From the NCBI GenBank assembly GCA_963795085.1, contig CAWCFX010000002.1:320001-384000 (forward strand): 64,000 nucleotides of DNA. Direction: 5' to 3'. Positions 41,333 through 53,795 of this stretch are shown here, piece by piece. Source of the DNA: an uncultured Gemmatimonadales bacterium. Lineage in GTDB: Bacteria > Gemmatimonadota > Gemmatimonadetes > Gemmatimonadales > GWC2-71-9. The notes beneath the pieces are model-generated. The model saw nothing but the letters and a program-made list of their open reading frames with translations. It was not told the origin of the DNA and searched no databases. The first letter of the stretch is position 1; every line of letters begins with the position of its first letter. A program made the position numbers and the translations under genes.

Positions 41333-42227
41333 GATCGACCGCCTGTTTCTGCTGGAACAGTTCCAGGACTACCTGTTCCTGGAGGCGGGGCACAGCGCCA
41401 ACACGGTGGCGAGCTACCTGCGGGATCTCCGGCGGTGGGGCCGGTGGGCCGGGCTCTACGGTGTCACCGGCCCCGAGGCGGTTGACGCCCGGCTGCTCCG
41501 GAAATTCGTTTTTGCGCTCAAGGACATGGGCCTCAGCCCGGCCACCATCCGCCGCCAGGTCTCCGCCTTGCGTACCTACTATGCCTTTCTGATCGGCGAG
41601 GGACGGGTCAGCCACGATCCCAGCGAGCGGCTGGAATCCCCCCGTCCCGGCCGGACCCTCCCGGATGTACTGACGGTGGACGAGATCGAGCGGCTGCTCG
41701 CGGCGCCGGGCGTGGACGACCGGCTGGCGTGGCGGGACCGGGCCCTGCTGGAGCTGGGCTACGGAGCCGGCATGCGGGTGTCGGAGCTCTGCGGCCTTGC
41801 CCGGACCGACCTGGTCCTCGATGAAGGACTGGTCCGGGTGTTCGGCAAGGGAGGCAAGGAGCGGCTGGTGCCGATCGGCCGGACCGTGATCGGCGCGGTG
41901 TCGGTTTACCTGCACACTCTGCGTCCGGACCTGGACCGGGGCCAGAGCGGGAACCGGCTCCTGCTCAACACCCGGGGCACCCCGCTCTCGCGGGTGGGCG
42001 CCTGGGCCATCGTGAAAAAGGCCGCCGTAGCGGCCGGGATAAAGAAAAACGTGACCCCGCATACCCTGCGCCACAGCTTTGCGACCCATCTCCTCGAAGG
42101 AGGTGCGGATCTCCGCGCCGTGCAGGAAATGCTGGGCCACGCCGATCTTTCAACCACCCAGATCTACACCCACGTAGACCGGGAGTACCTGCGGTCGGTC
42201 CACAAGCAGTTTCATCCCCGCAAATGA
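41313..42227 (+). CDS. xerD: Tyrosine recombinase XerD
   Basis: RDRALLEL.YG.GMRVSEL, GKGGKERLVP, TPHTLRHSFATHLL and LGHADLSTTQIYTH motifs. Confidence 0.92.
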   Translation: MPEPADKIDRLFLLEQFQDYLFLEAGHSANTVASYLRDLRRWGRWAGLYGVTGPEAVDARLLRKFVFALKDMGLSPATIRRQVSALRTYYAFLIGEGRVSHDPSERLESPRPGRTLPDVLTVDEIERLLAAPGVDDRLAWRDRALLELGYGAGMRVSELCGLARTDLVLDEGLVRVFGKGGKERLVPIGRTVIGAVSVYLHTLRPDLDRGQSGNRLLLNTRGTPLSRVGAWAIVKKAAVAAGIKKNVTPHTLRHSFATHLLEGGADLRAVQEMLGHADLSTTQIYTHVDREYLRSVHKQFHPRK

Positions 42228-42306
42228 TCGGAGCACGCAGGCAGCGGCCTCTGATCAACGAGTGCCCGACTGAATCAGTGACCACCGCCCAATCGCGACT
42301 GCCCGG

Positions 42307-42813
42307 CTACTCCTCCTCCGATCCGTCCTCCGCCTCCACGTTTACCGTGGACATCGCCAGCTGCGAGAGAGTCTCGTCCGTTTCCGACTCCTCGTCCAGG
42401 CTCTGCTGCAGCAGTTCCGCCGCCTTGGTGTACCCCAGCATCTCGGCCCAGGTCCGAAGGGTGCCGTAGGCAGCGATCTCGTAGTGCTCCACCTTCTGGG
42501 CTGCGGCGATCAGGGCGGCATCCAGGACCTCCGGGTCGTGGCCCTCCTCGATGGCCTCCTTGCCTTCCTCGATCAATCCTTCCATCGCCACGCAGTGCTT
42601 GCCCCGGGCAGCCACCCCCAGTTCGGCGAACACCTTTTCCAGCCGGGTGACCTGGCCCCGGGTCACTTCCAGGTGATCCTCAAACGCCGCCCGAAGCTCC
42701 TCGGAGGTCGCCGCCTTGGCCATCTTCGGAAGCGCCTTGATCAGTTGCTTCTCCGCGTTGTAGGTGTCCTTCATGGTCTCGATGAGCAGGTCTTCCAGAT
42801 TCTCGGCTGCCAT
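42307..42813 (-). CDS. Ferritin-like stress protein (YciE/YciF, DUF892)
   Basis: D.Y.AEKQ..KALP.M, C.AMEGLI.E and AAQKVEHYEIAAYGTL motifs. Confidence 0.9.
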   Translation of the reverse strand: MAAENLEDLLIETMKDTYNAEKQLIKALPKMAKAATSEELRAAFEDHLEVTRGQVTRLEKVFAELGVAARGKHCVAMEGLIEEGKEAIEEGHDPEVLDAALIAAAQKVEHYEIAAYGTLRTWAEMLGYTKAAELLQQSLDEESETDETLSQLAMSTVNVEAEDGSEEE

Positions 42814-43079
42814 GACTGTCCCCCTGTATATGGTTCAGAAAAAGCAAAGTTCGGATAGGTGATCCGCTTGCGCGTGTTGTGAATATCGGTGGAAGCGGTC
42901 ACCGAGCGGTGACCGCCGTCACGAGCCCGGCCGCACCTCGCCGACATGTTGTGTGAAATGCCCGGCCGGAGCCCGCAGGGCGGATATTCCCGGTCGGGTG
43001 ATTCCTGACAGCGACCCGGGCCGGGTCCCGGTTCCCCGCTGCTTCCTTGTCCCTGAGAACCCTGCTATGATCAACGCAT

Positions 43080-43781
43080 ATGAAGAACTACTGGGTTCGC
43101 ATCGTCCTCGGCGCCGTCGGGGTCTTTTTCATCGGCATGATCATCGTGACGGCCATCCGAAAGGCGACCGGACAGGTCCGCATGATCCGGGATACCGCCG
43201 AGCCGGTCCGCATCCCCTTTCCTTTTGGCATCGTTCCATTCCGTCTCGACGGAACCCGGCTGGGCAACGTCGAACACATGGTCCTGCTCCGGGACGCTCC
43301 GGAAGGCATTTCGGGGATCAAGGTGATGGTCAAGCTCTCGGACTCGGCCATGGCCGACCGGCTGCACGACTGTTACCTGGTCGTGAAAGACATCGAGCAC
43401 ATGAATAGCCAGACCACCTTTGCCTGCCAGTCTCCCGACACCTCGGGGCTGGACCTGGTGCCGTACGGCACGGTGGACATCGAGGGATCCGGGGCTTCCT
43501 TCCCCCTGCTGCTCTCCCGCCAGGCGGTGGATGACCTTCGCTCCAACCAGGGCTCCGCGAACATCGAAGCGCGGGTGGACTCCATCGCCCGGCAGGCCGA
43601 GGCAACCGCCGATTCGCTGGGGCAACTGGCGGACTCCATCGCTGAGCGCGCCGACTCCATCCGGGAATCGGCCAGGGAGAAAGCCGATTCGGTCCGGGAT
43701 GCCGCATTGCGCATGGCCGATTCCATCCGGCAGCGGCGCGGTGCCGGTCCTCCGCGCACCCAGGAAAGGTCGCGTCCCTGA
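43080..43781 (+). CDS. Hypothetical membrane-anchored protein with C-terminal DS-repeat coiled coil
   Basis: N-terminal TM helix; six DS(I/L/V) units at 7- or 11-residue spacing. Confidence 0.7.
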   Translation: MKNYWVRIVLGAVGVFFIGMIIVTAIRKATGQVRMIRDTAEPVRIPFPFGIVPFRLDGTRLGNVEHMVLLRDAPEGISGIKVMVKLSDSAMADRLHDCYLVVKDIEHMNSQTTFACQSPDTSGLDLVPYGTVDIEGSGASFPLLLSRQAVDDLRSNQGSANIEARVDSIARQAEATADSLGQLADSIAERADSIRESAREKADSVRDAALRMADSIRQRRGAGPPRTQERSRP

Positions 43782-45293
43782 TGGCCAGGCCGGCGCTTCG
43801 GGTGGTCCTGCTGCTCGCCGGCCTGGCGTCCCCAGCGGGAGCGCAGGATCCGCCCCTGGGCCGGGTGACCTTTCCTACCAGCCAGACCGGAACCGCCCAC
43901 GACCGCTTCCTTCGTGGGGTCCTCTACCTCCACAGCTTTGAGTATGACGCGGCGGCCGCCGAGTTCCGGGCCGCCCAGCAGGCGGCCCCCGGGTTTGCGA
44001 TGGCTCACTGGGGCGAAGCCATGACCTACAACCACCCGGTGTGGGACCAGCAGGACCGGGAGGCCGCGCTGGCCGCGCTGCAGCGCCTGGCCCCAACCCC
44101 AGCCGCCCGTGCCGCCAGGGTGACCGACCCGCGGGAGCAGGCCTGGCTCGGCGCCGTGGAAGCGCTGTACGGCGAAGGCGACAAGGTCCGGCGGGACACC
44201 CTCTACGCCACCGCCATGGAGCGCCTCGCCCGGGAATACCCCCGGGACCTCGAGGCCCAGACTTTCTACGCCCTCAGCCTGATGGGGCTGTCCCAGACGA
44301 CACGCGTGGTGCCCACCTATATGCGAGCCGGCGCCATCGCCCTCGCCGCGATGCAGGCCAACCCGGAACATCCCGGCGCCGCCCACTACGTGATTCACGC
44401 GTTCGACGACCCGGTTCATGCTCCGCTCGGCCTCCCGGCGGCCCGCGCGTATTCCGGCATCGCGCCCGGCGCGGCCCACGCCCAGCACATGACCACCCAC
44501 ATCTTCCTGGCCCTGGGGATGTGGGACCAGGTCGTGAGTCAGAACATCATCGCATCCGGGGCCGATCGCAGCCAGTGGAAACCCGGGCACTACACCTCCT
44601 GGCTGGGCTACGCGCTGCTGCAGCAGGGCCGCTTCAAGGCGGCGAAGGACCACCTCGACCTGGTCGCGGCGGAACATGGACGCGAACGACGGCGCCGGCA
44701 CGGCGGGGCACTCTGATGCTGATGCGGGCCTACCACCTCGTCAATGCGGGACCCTGGTCCGATACGACGTTGCTCTACCCCGATCGACGCGCCGCGGGGT
44801 CGGGCCCGTTCACGGCGCCGTCGATGCCTTCGCCATCGGGTTCGCCGCGGATACGGCGCGGAGACGTGGCCCTGGCCCGGGACCAGGCCGAAGCAGGTCG
44901 CCGCCGATGCCGGTGCTCAAGGCTGGAACTGGAGGGTCTCCTCGCCCTCGCGGCGGGAGACACAGTGGGCGCCCTCGGAACGGCTCCGTCAGGCCACCCG
45001 GATCGAGGACACCCTGCCAATGGCGTTCGGCCCTCCCGGATATCGTCAAGCCGAGCCACGAGCTGCTCGGGGAAACGCTGCTCTCGCTCGGCCGCCCGGG
45101 TGAGGCCCGGGTGGCGTTCGAACGGGCACTCGACCTGGCGCCCGGCCGGCTCCGGGCACTAGTCGGACTTTATAGGGCGGCGGTGGCGGAGGGCGACAGC
45201 ATGGTCGCCCGACGCGCCCGGACGAAGCTCGAGCCGGTTCTCAGGACGACTGACGCCGACCCTGAACTGGAGGAGTTCCACCGAATCCCGTGA
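43781..45293 (+). pseudogene. Secreted TPR-repeat protein broken by multiple frameshifts (pseudogene or assembly error)
   Basis: Intact N-terminal half (LHSFEY, FAMAHWG, HPGAAHY.IH..D, HAQHM..HIF); the C-terminal half is split over three frames between ~44665 and ~45040 and ends KPSHELLGE...RALVGL. Confidence 0.7.
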
Positions 45294-45330
45294 TGAACAC
45301 GTCAACGAGGAGGAGGGAGGAAATGAGAGA

Positions 45331-46935
45331 TCAGCGCACCGCCGTTATATTCCAGTTCACCGGGTTGGGTGGAGGAAACGAACTGGTAATGACCCACTTG
45401 GTTCCGTCCGCCCCCCAATAGACCCAATGGACCAGTTGATTGACCGTGTAGAAGTCGAGTTCCCGCCAGCCTCCCGCTTCCTGCCATGCTACGCCGTTTA
45501 TGAACGTAATGGCGAGTCGCCCGTCCGGTCCGACATCGAGCGAACGGATGTTCGCTACGCCGTTGGTATACGGATTGTCGAAGAGGGTAACGATTCCACC
45601 CGTGATGGCAATCACCCGGGTGCCCAGGGGGCCACTGAGCAGGCCATACACCGGACCACCGTTGGGGGAAGTCCGAAGGAACTTGATCTCGTAGGGTTCT
45701 CCCACCGGAGCGGGCGGAATGGCGGGAAATGACCACGAGGACCCATTCCAATACCCCACGCTGGCGCGGCCACCGACACCATACTGCTCCTGAAGCACAC
45801 CGGCCACATAGAGCTCGGTAAGGCTGCGGGCCGCGACGGGCCCCCCCACCTGGTGAACGCTGTCGTTAACCAAGAGGGGGAAGTTTAAGTCACTCCATCC
45901 CCCTGGGTCGCGTCGCCGAACCACCGGTCCCCCATGAAAGCCAGCGGTTGTAACCAGAAAGATCGTGTCGCTTCCGTAGCCACTGACCCAGGTTTCCAAG
46001 TGACAGGGTGGACTCGGATCCCGGGCCCATGCCACTCCAGGGGCCGGGGACTGCCAGACCTGTGATTGGGTCTGATTGCACACCGATCCGACTCCGCCGG
46101 CCCAGGCGGCCCCGTTGGGGAAGACCCAAAGCGAACTGAATTGAAAGCCGTCGGGTCCTTCCTGGTTCCACCCGGTTCCATCCCACTGCCAAATGGTACT
46201 CCCTGCCGCCAACAGTCGGCCGCCGGCTTCTCTGACGGTCCCTACGTATCTGTCGATGGGGTACGTAATGCTGCTGGGCCGCACCCGCACCTGGAATTGG
46301 GCGGTGGCGCTGCCAGCCGTGGCGGTGAGATCGGCGTTACCTGGCGCGATACCGGCGATGACGCCCACCGCCGTCGCTCCATCGGCGACGGTGGAATCGG
46401 ACGAAGTCCATGCCAGCGTCAACTGAGCCGGTTGGATGGAATTGCCATACTCATCCGTACCGCCAAACACCGCTTGGCGCGAGGTTCCCGGGTTCAGAAA
46501 ACCCAGCGAGTCCCAGGATGTTGTCAGCGTCACCGGGAGGCTGGGCAGGAGATTGGCTGAAAACACCAGGACCGGAACCGGTGAACCGGCGGAATCGAGC
46601 AGCACAGCTTCCACGGTAGCCCCTGGAGCCGTACTGGTTCCCAGGGTCCAGCGGACACTTGCCAGACCGTCAGGACCGCTACCGACCGTATCCGCCGTCA
46701 AGCTTCCGCCTCCAGCCTTGATTCTGAATACCACCATCGCGCCGGCCGCCGGGGCGCCAGACGAGAGCACCTGCACAACCAGCGGATCGGGCAGTTCGGT
46801 TGCCACCATGCCGGTTTGCTGATCACCAGAGATGGCTTGCAACGCCAAGGATGTGGCTCTGTGGTCGGTGGGGGGTTCCAAACTACATGACAGGATCAGG
46901 ACGGTCAGAAGGGGTAGCAGAGTCTGACGTCTCAT
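45331..46935 (-). CDS. Lipoprotein with bacterial Ig-like domains and a C-terminal propeller-like domain
   Basis: Lipobox LILSC; SGDQQTG...LPDPLVV, G.ASVRWTLG and WTSSDSTVA Ig motifs; WDGTGW and WNGSSW blades. Confidence 0.75.
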   Translation of the reverse strand: MRRQTLLPLLTVLILSCSLEPPTDHRATSLALQAISGDQQTGMVATELPDPLVVQVLSSGAPAAGAMVVFRIKAGGGSLTADTVGSGPDGLASVRWTLGTSTAPGATVEAVLLDSAGSPVPVLVFSANLLPSLPVTLTTSWDSLGFLNPGTSRQAVFGGTDEYGNSIQPAQLTLAWTSSDSTVADGATAVGVIAGIAPGNADLTATAGSATAQFQVRVRPSSITYPIDRYVGTVREAGGRLLAAGSTIWQWDGTGWNQEGPDGFQFSSLWVFPNGAAWAGGVGSVCNQTQSQVWQSPAPGVAWARDPSPPCHLETWVSGYGSDTIFLVTTAGFHGGPVVRRRDPGGWSDLNFPLLVNDSVHQVGGPVAARSLTELYVAGVLQEQYGVGGRASVGYWNGSSWSFPAIPPAPVGEPYEIKFLRTSPNGGPVYGLLSGPLGTRVIAITGGIVTLFDNPYTNGVANIRSLDVGPDGRLAITFINGVAWQEAGGWRELDFYTVNQLVHWVYWGADGTKWVITSSFPPPNPVNWNITAVR

Positions 46936-47112
46936 AAGAAGTGCCGCGGTTTGGATTCAATGTGGACGAAGCGGGTGATCCCGGCCCCACATTAACCAAG
47001 CTACGGCGCACTCTCGTGAACGGGAAGGGGCCCTCCCTACCTCAACCCAACTTGCGTTATGACAATCCTTTACGGAGGTCTGACGGACCCTGAAATGCAT
47101 CGGGCACAACTT

Positions 47113-47141
47113 TTGACAGGGGGCCCGCTTCTTGTTAGCTT
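47113..47141 (+). promoter_or_regulatory. Sigma70-type promoter of the kdsB-pyrG-kds-lpt-rpoN operon
   Basis: TTGACA (47113-47118), 17-bp spacer, TAGCTT (47136-47141). Confidence 0.65.
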
Positions 47142-47146
47142 CTGAC

Positions 47147-50379
<3,233 letters not shown>

Positions 50380-50383
<4 letters not shown>

Positions 50384-50934
50384 TTGACCCCGCGGTCGCA
50401 CGCGGCATCAAACTGCTGATCCTCGATGTGGACGGCGTGCTCACCGACAATGCGGTGCACGTCGGCCTGGTGGACGGCCGGCGGGTGGAACTCAAGAGTT
50501 TCGACATCCAGGATGGATTGGGGATCGTTCTGCTGCGCGAAACCGGGATCGCCGTGGTCTGGATGAGCGGTCGCGAATCCGAGGCCACCACGCTCCGGGC
50601 CACCGAACTCAAGATCGAAGAAGTGCTGCAGCTCCGGGGCGCCGCCAAGCTGCCTGCCACGCTGGAGCTGATGCAGCGCCGGTCCCTCCGCTGGGAGGAC
50701 ATCGCGTTCGTCGGCGACGATCTCGCGGATCTCCCGGTGATGCGGCGGGCCGCGTTGCCGATTGCGGTGGCCAACGCGGTTGACGAGATCAAGGACAGCG
50801 CGGCGTTCGTGACCCAGCGCGCCGGCGGGAGGGGGGCGGTGCGAGAGGCGATCGAGACCCTGCTCAAGGCGCGGGGAGAATGGGAACAGTGCGTCCAGGG
50901 CTACCTCCGGGACCGGGGCGATGACGCCGCCTGA
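50380..50934 (+). CDS. kdsC: KDO 8-phosphate phosphatase (HAD)
   Basis: LDVDGVLTD, QDG.GI, GDDLAD and GGRGAVRE motifs. Confidence 0.92.
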
Positions 50935-51883
50935 TGCCGCGCTCAGCGCGGGCCAGCGGGTGCTCCGGCTGGAAGCCGCCGAAATATCCCGGGCCGCCGA
51001 CCGCCTGGGCGAGGAATTCGGCCGGGCCGTCACCCTCCTCGCCGAGGTCCCCGGCCGGGTGATCGTCTCCGGCGTCGGAAAGTCGGGCCTCATCGCCCGG
51101 AAGATCGCGGCGACCCTGACGTCCACCGGCACGCCGGCCAGCTTTCTTCACCCGGTGGACAGCCTGCACGGCGACCTGGGGCTGGTGGGCCGCGAGGATG
51201 TCGCCATCATTCTGAGCAAGAGCGGCGAGTCGCAGGACCTGTTCGGGCTGCTCGGTTCGCTGCAGCGGATGAAGGTGCCGGTCATCGCCATCACCGGCGG
51301 GCGCGGTTCCCTGCTGGCCCGGGTGGCGGCGGTGACGCTGGATGGCTCGGTGAACGAGGAGGCCTGTCCCCACGACCTGGCCCCGACCTCGAGTACCGCG
51401 GTGGCGCTCGCGCTGGGGGACGCGCTGGCCGTGGCCCTGCTGGAGCGAAAGGGGTTTCGGCGCGAAGATTTCGCGGCGCTCCACCCCGGTGGCGCCATCG
51501 GGGTCAAGCTCACCCTCCGGGTGGGCGACGTGATGCTGCCGGCGGCGGGGGCCCTGGCGCCGGGGGACACGATGCGCGCCGCCGTCGTCATGCTGGCCCA
51601 TCACCGGGGCCTGGCGCCGGTGGTCGAGAACGGCAGGCTGGCCGGCGTCATCACCGCGGGAGACCTGACTCGCCAGGCCGACCGGAGTCCCGATTTTCTT
51701 TCACTGAAGGTGGCCGACGTGATGACACCCACCCCGAAAACCGCATCGCCCGGCGAGCTGGCCGCAGCGGCGGTGGGCACCATGGAGCAGCACGGGATCA
51801 TGGCGCTGCCGGTGGTGGATGACAACCGGACCCTGGTCGGGGTGGTCCACCTGCATGACCTGCTGCGGGCCGGCGCCGTATGA
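50921..51883 (+). CDS. kdsD: Arabinose 5-phosphate isomerase (SIS + CBS domains)
   Basis: GVGKSG, STGTPA, HGDLG, EACP..LAPTSST and HPGG motifs; CBS pair. Confidence 0.93.
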   Translation: MTPPDAALSAGQRVLRLEAAEISRAADRLGEEFGRAVTLLAEVPGRVIVSGVGKSGLIARKIAATLTSTGTPASFLHPVDSLHGDLGLVGREDVAIILSKSGESQDLFGLLGSLQRMKVPVIAITGGRGSLLARVAAVTLDGSVNEEACPHDLAPTSSTAVALALGDALAVALLERKGFRREDFAALHPGGAIGVKLTLRVGDVMLPAAGALAPGDTMRAAVVMLAHHRGLAPVVENGRLAGVITAGDLTRQADRSPDFLSLKVADVMTPTPKTASPGELAAAAVGTMEQHGIMALPVVDDNRTLVGVVHLHDLLRAGAV

Positions 51884-52452
51884 GAACCGGGTGGCCGGCG
51901 TGGCGTTGGGCCCTCCTGGCCGCGGTCGCCGTGGCTGCCCCGGGCTGCCAGGAAAAGGGAGTCACGCCCCCGGTGACCCAGACCGCGGCGGACTCGGCCG
52001 ACCAGATTCTCTTCGGCCTCATGCACTATGTCACGGAAGATGGGGTTAAGCGGAGCCTGGTCGAAGCCGATACTGCCTATCTGTTCGACCAGACCCAGAC
52101 CGCTGAGCTCAAGAAGGTCAAAGTCACCTTCTACACTGAGAACGGGGCGGTCAGCTCGGTGCTGACCGCCAACGAGGGAACCTATTTCCAGCAGGCCGGC
52201 GGGATGACGGCGCGGGGCAACGTGGTGGGAACCTCGCCGGACGGGCGGACTCTCCGCACCTCGGAGCTCCGCTATGACGCCAACAGCAAGAAAGTCTCGA
52301 CCGACAAGGCCTTTACCTTCCTGCGTAACGGCAACCAGCTCCAGGGGGACGGGTTCACGTCGGACGTGGACTTCTCCAGCATCGTGGTGGATCGCCCCCG
52401 CGGCCTGGAGAGCGGACGGGGCGGGGCCAGCGGCCTGCTGCCCGGACAATGA
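51880..52452 (+). CDS. lptC: LPS export protein LptC
   Basis: Jellyroll pattern (LTANEG, GNVV, LRTSELRY, QGDGFTSD); position between kdsD and lptA; possible lipobox APGC. Confidence 0.82.
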   Translation: MRTGWPAWRWALLAAVAVAAPGCQEKGVTPPVTQTAADSADQILFGLMHYVTEDGVKRSLVEADTAYLFDQTQTAELKKVKVTFYTENGAVSSVLTANEGTYFQQAGGMTARGNVVGTSPDGRTLRTSELRYDANSKKVSTDKAFTFLRNGNQLQGDGFTSDVDFSSIVVDRPRGLESGRGGASGLLPGQ

Positions 52453-53795
52453 AAGCCCCGCTCGTGTGGCTCGCTGGATTGGCCCTCGCGGCCGGCCCCG
52501 CCGGAGCCCAGCAGGACAACACCTGCCGCTTTCAGCTGGAAAGCGTCGGCCGGCAGGGAGTCCAGCAGGGCGACAACCTCTTCGCCGGCGGCGGCGTGGT
52601 GATCCGCTGTTTCAACACCCGGGTCCGCATGAGCAGCGACAGCGTCGCCTACTACGCGCCGCCCGTGGACCTGGTCCAGTTCATCGGGAACGTCCGCTAC
52701 GAAGACACCACGATCGCGATGACCGCGACCAACGGGACCTATTTCAAGTCGGGAGAACGGTGGGAGGCCCGGGGCAACGTGGTCACCCGGAACCTGGAGA
52801 CCGGGTCCACCCTCACCGGCCCCTCGTTGGACTACTACCGCGCGCTCAAGGGGGTCCGGGACACGATCGAGATGTATGCCACCGGGCGGCCCCGGATCAA
52901 CTACATCCCGCAGGATTCGGCGAAGCAGCCGGAGGAGCCGTACATCATCAACGCCGACCGGGTCCGCATGAAAGGCAACGACCGGGTCTGGGCCGCCGGC
53001 CGGGCCACCATCGACCGGAGCGACTTCGCCGCCACGGCGGACTCGATGCGGCTGGACACCGGCCCCACCGGCGACGGCACCCTGATCGGCAACCCGGTCC
53101 TCCGCGGGCTGGGAACCGATTCGTTCAACCTGAGCGGCCGGCGGATAGACCTGGACCTGGACGAGAAGCACCTGAGTTATGTCCTCGCCCGCGGGAATGG
53201 CCATGCCGTCACGGTGGACCTGGACCTCGTGGCCGATACGATCGGGCTCGACGTGGACGGAGGCAAGCTGGTGCAGACCATCGCCTGGGGCGATTCGATC
53301 CGCCCCCATGCCGCCGCCACCGATTTCGCGATACGGTCCGATTCCCTGGCTTTCGATACGCCCGGCCAGAAGCTGACCGAGAGCCGGGCCTTCGGCGCCG
53401 CCTGGGTCGGCAGCGGCGTGGACTCGGCCAGCGCCGGACAGGACTGCTCTCGAGATTACCGTATCTGTGACTGGCTGGTGGGAGACACCGTGATCGCCCG
53501 GTTCGCCGAGCAGGATTCGGCGGGCACCACCCGCACCGTCCTGCGGGAAGTGGACGCCAGCCGCGCCGCACGGGCCCACTATCGGACCGAGAGCGAAGGG
53601 AGTCCCCAGCGCGGGGTCACCTATTCCCGGGCCGACCGGATAACCATCACCATGAAGACCGGTGACAAGCAGGGGGTGGACCGGGTGGAACTCCAGGGCA
53701 GCGTGGACGGCGTCCAGCTCGATCCGCTGAAGCCGGCCGCGGTTCCGGCCGATTCGGCGCCGGGCTCGCGACGGCCCCCGCGGGCGGGGCAATGA
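52449..53795 (+). CDS. Extended LptA/OstA-like periplasmic jellyroll protein
   Basis: Signal peptide; repeated DS/AD..., GNV and G.P OstA-type motifs; position between lptC and lptB. Confidence 0.72.
   Translation: MKAPLVWLAGLALAAGPAGAQQDNTCRFQLESVGRQGVQQGDNLFAGGGVVIRCFNTRVRMSSDSVAYYAPPVDLVQFIGNVRYEDTTIAMTATNGTYFKSGERWEARGNVVTRNLETGSTLTGPSLDYYRALKGVRDTIEMYATGRPRINYIPQDSAKQPEEPYIINADRVRMKGNDRVWAAGRATIDRSDFAATADSMRLDTGPTGDGTLIGNPVLRGLGTDSFNLSGRRIDLDLDEKHLSYVLARGNGHAVTVDLDLVADTIGLDVDGGKLVQTIAWGDSIRPHAAATDFAIRSDSLAFDTPGQKLTESRAFGAAWVGSGVDSASAGQDCSRDYRICDWLVGDTVIARFAEQDSAGTTRTVLREVDASRAARAHYRTESEGSPQRGVTYSRADRITITMKTGDKQGVDRVELQGSVDGVQLDPLKPAAVPADSAPGSRRPPRAGQ

Noticed and set aside
41313..42227. 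Phage or island integrase
   Set aside because: Size, motifs and operon context match housekeeping XerD; no att sites or mobile cargo were seen
44714..44719. Selenocysteine read-through at the TGA of the TPR ORF, given selB nearby
   Set aside because: The frame is already lost upstream of this TGA, a second TGA follows after one codon, and the protein continues in other frames
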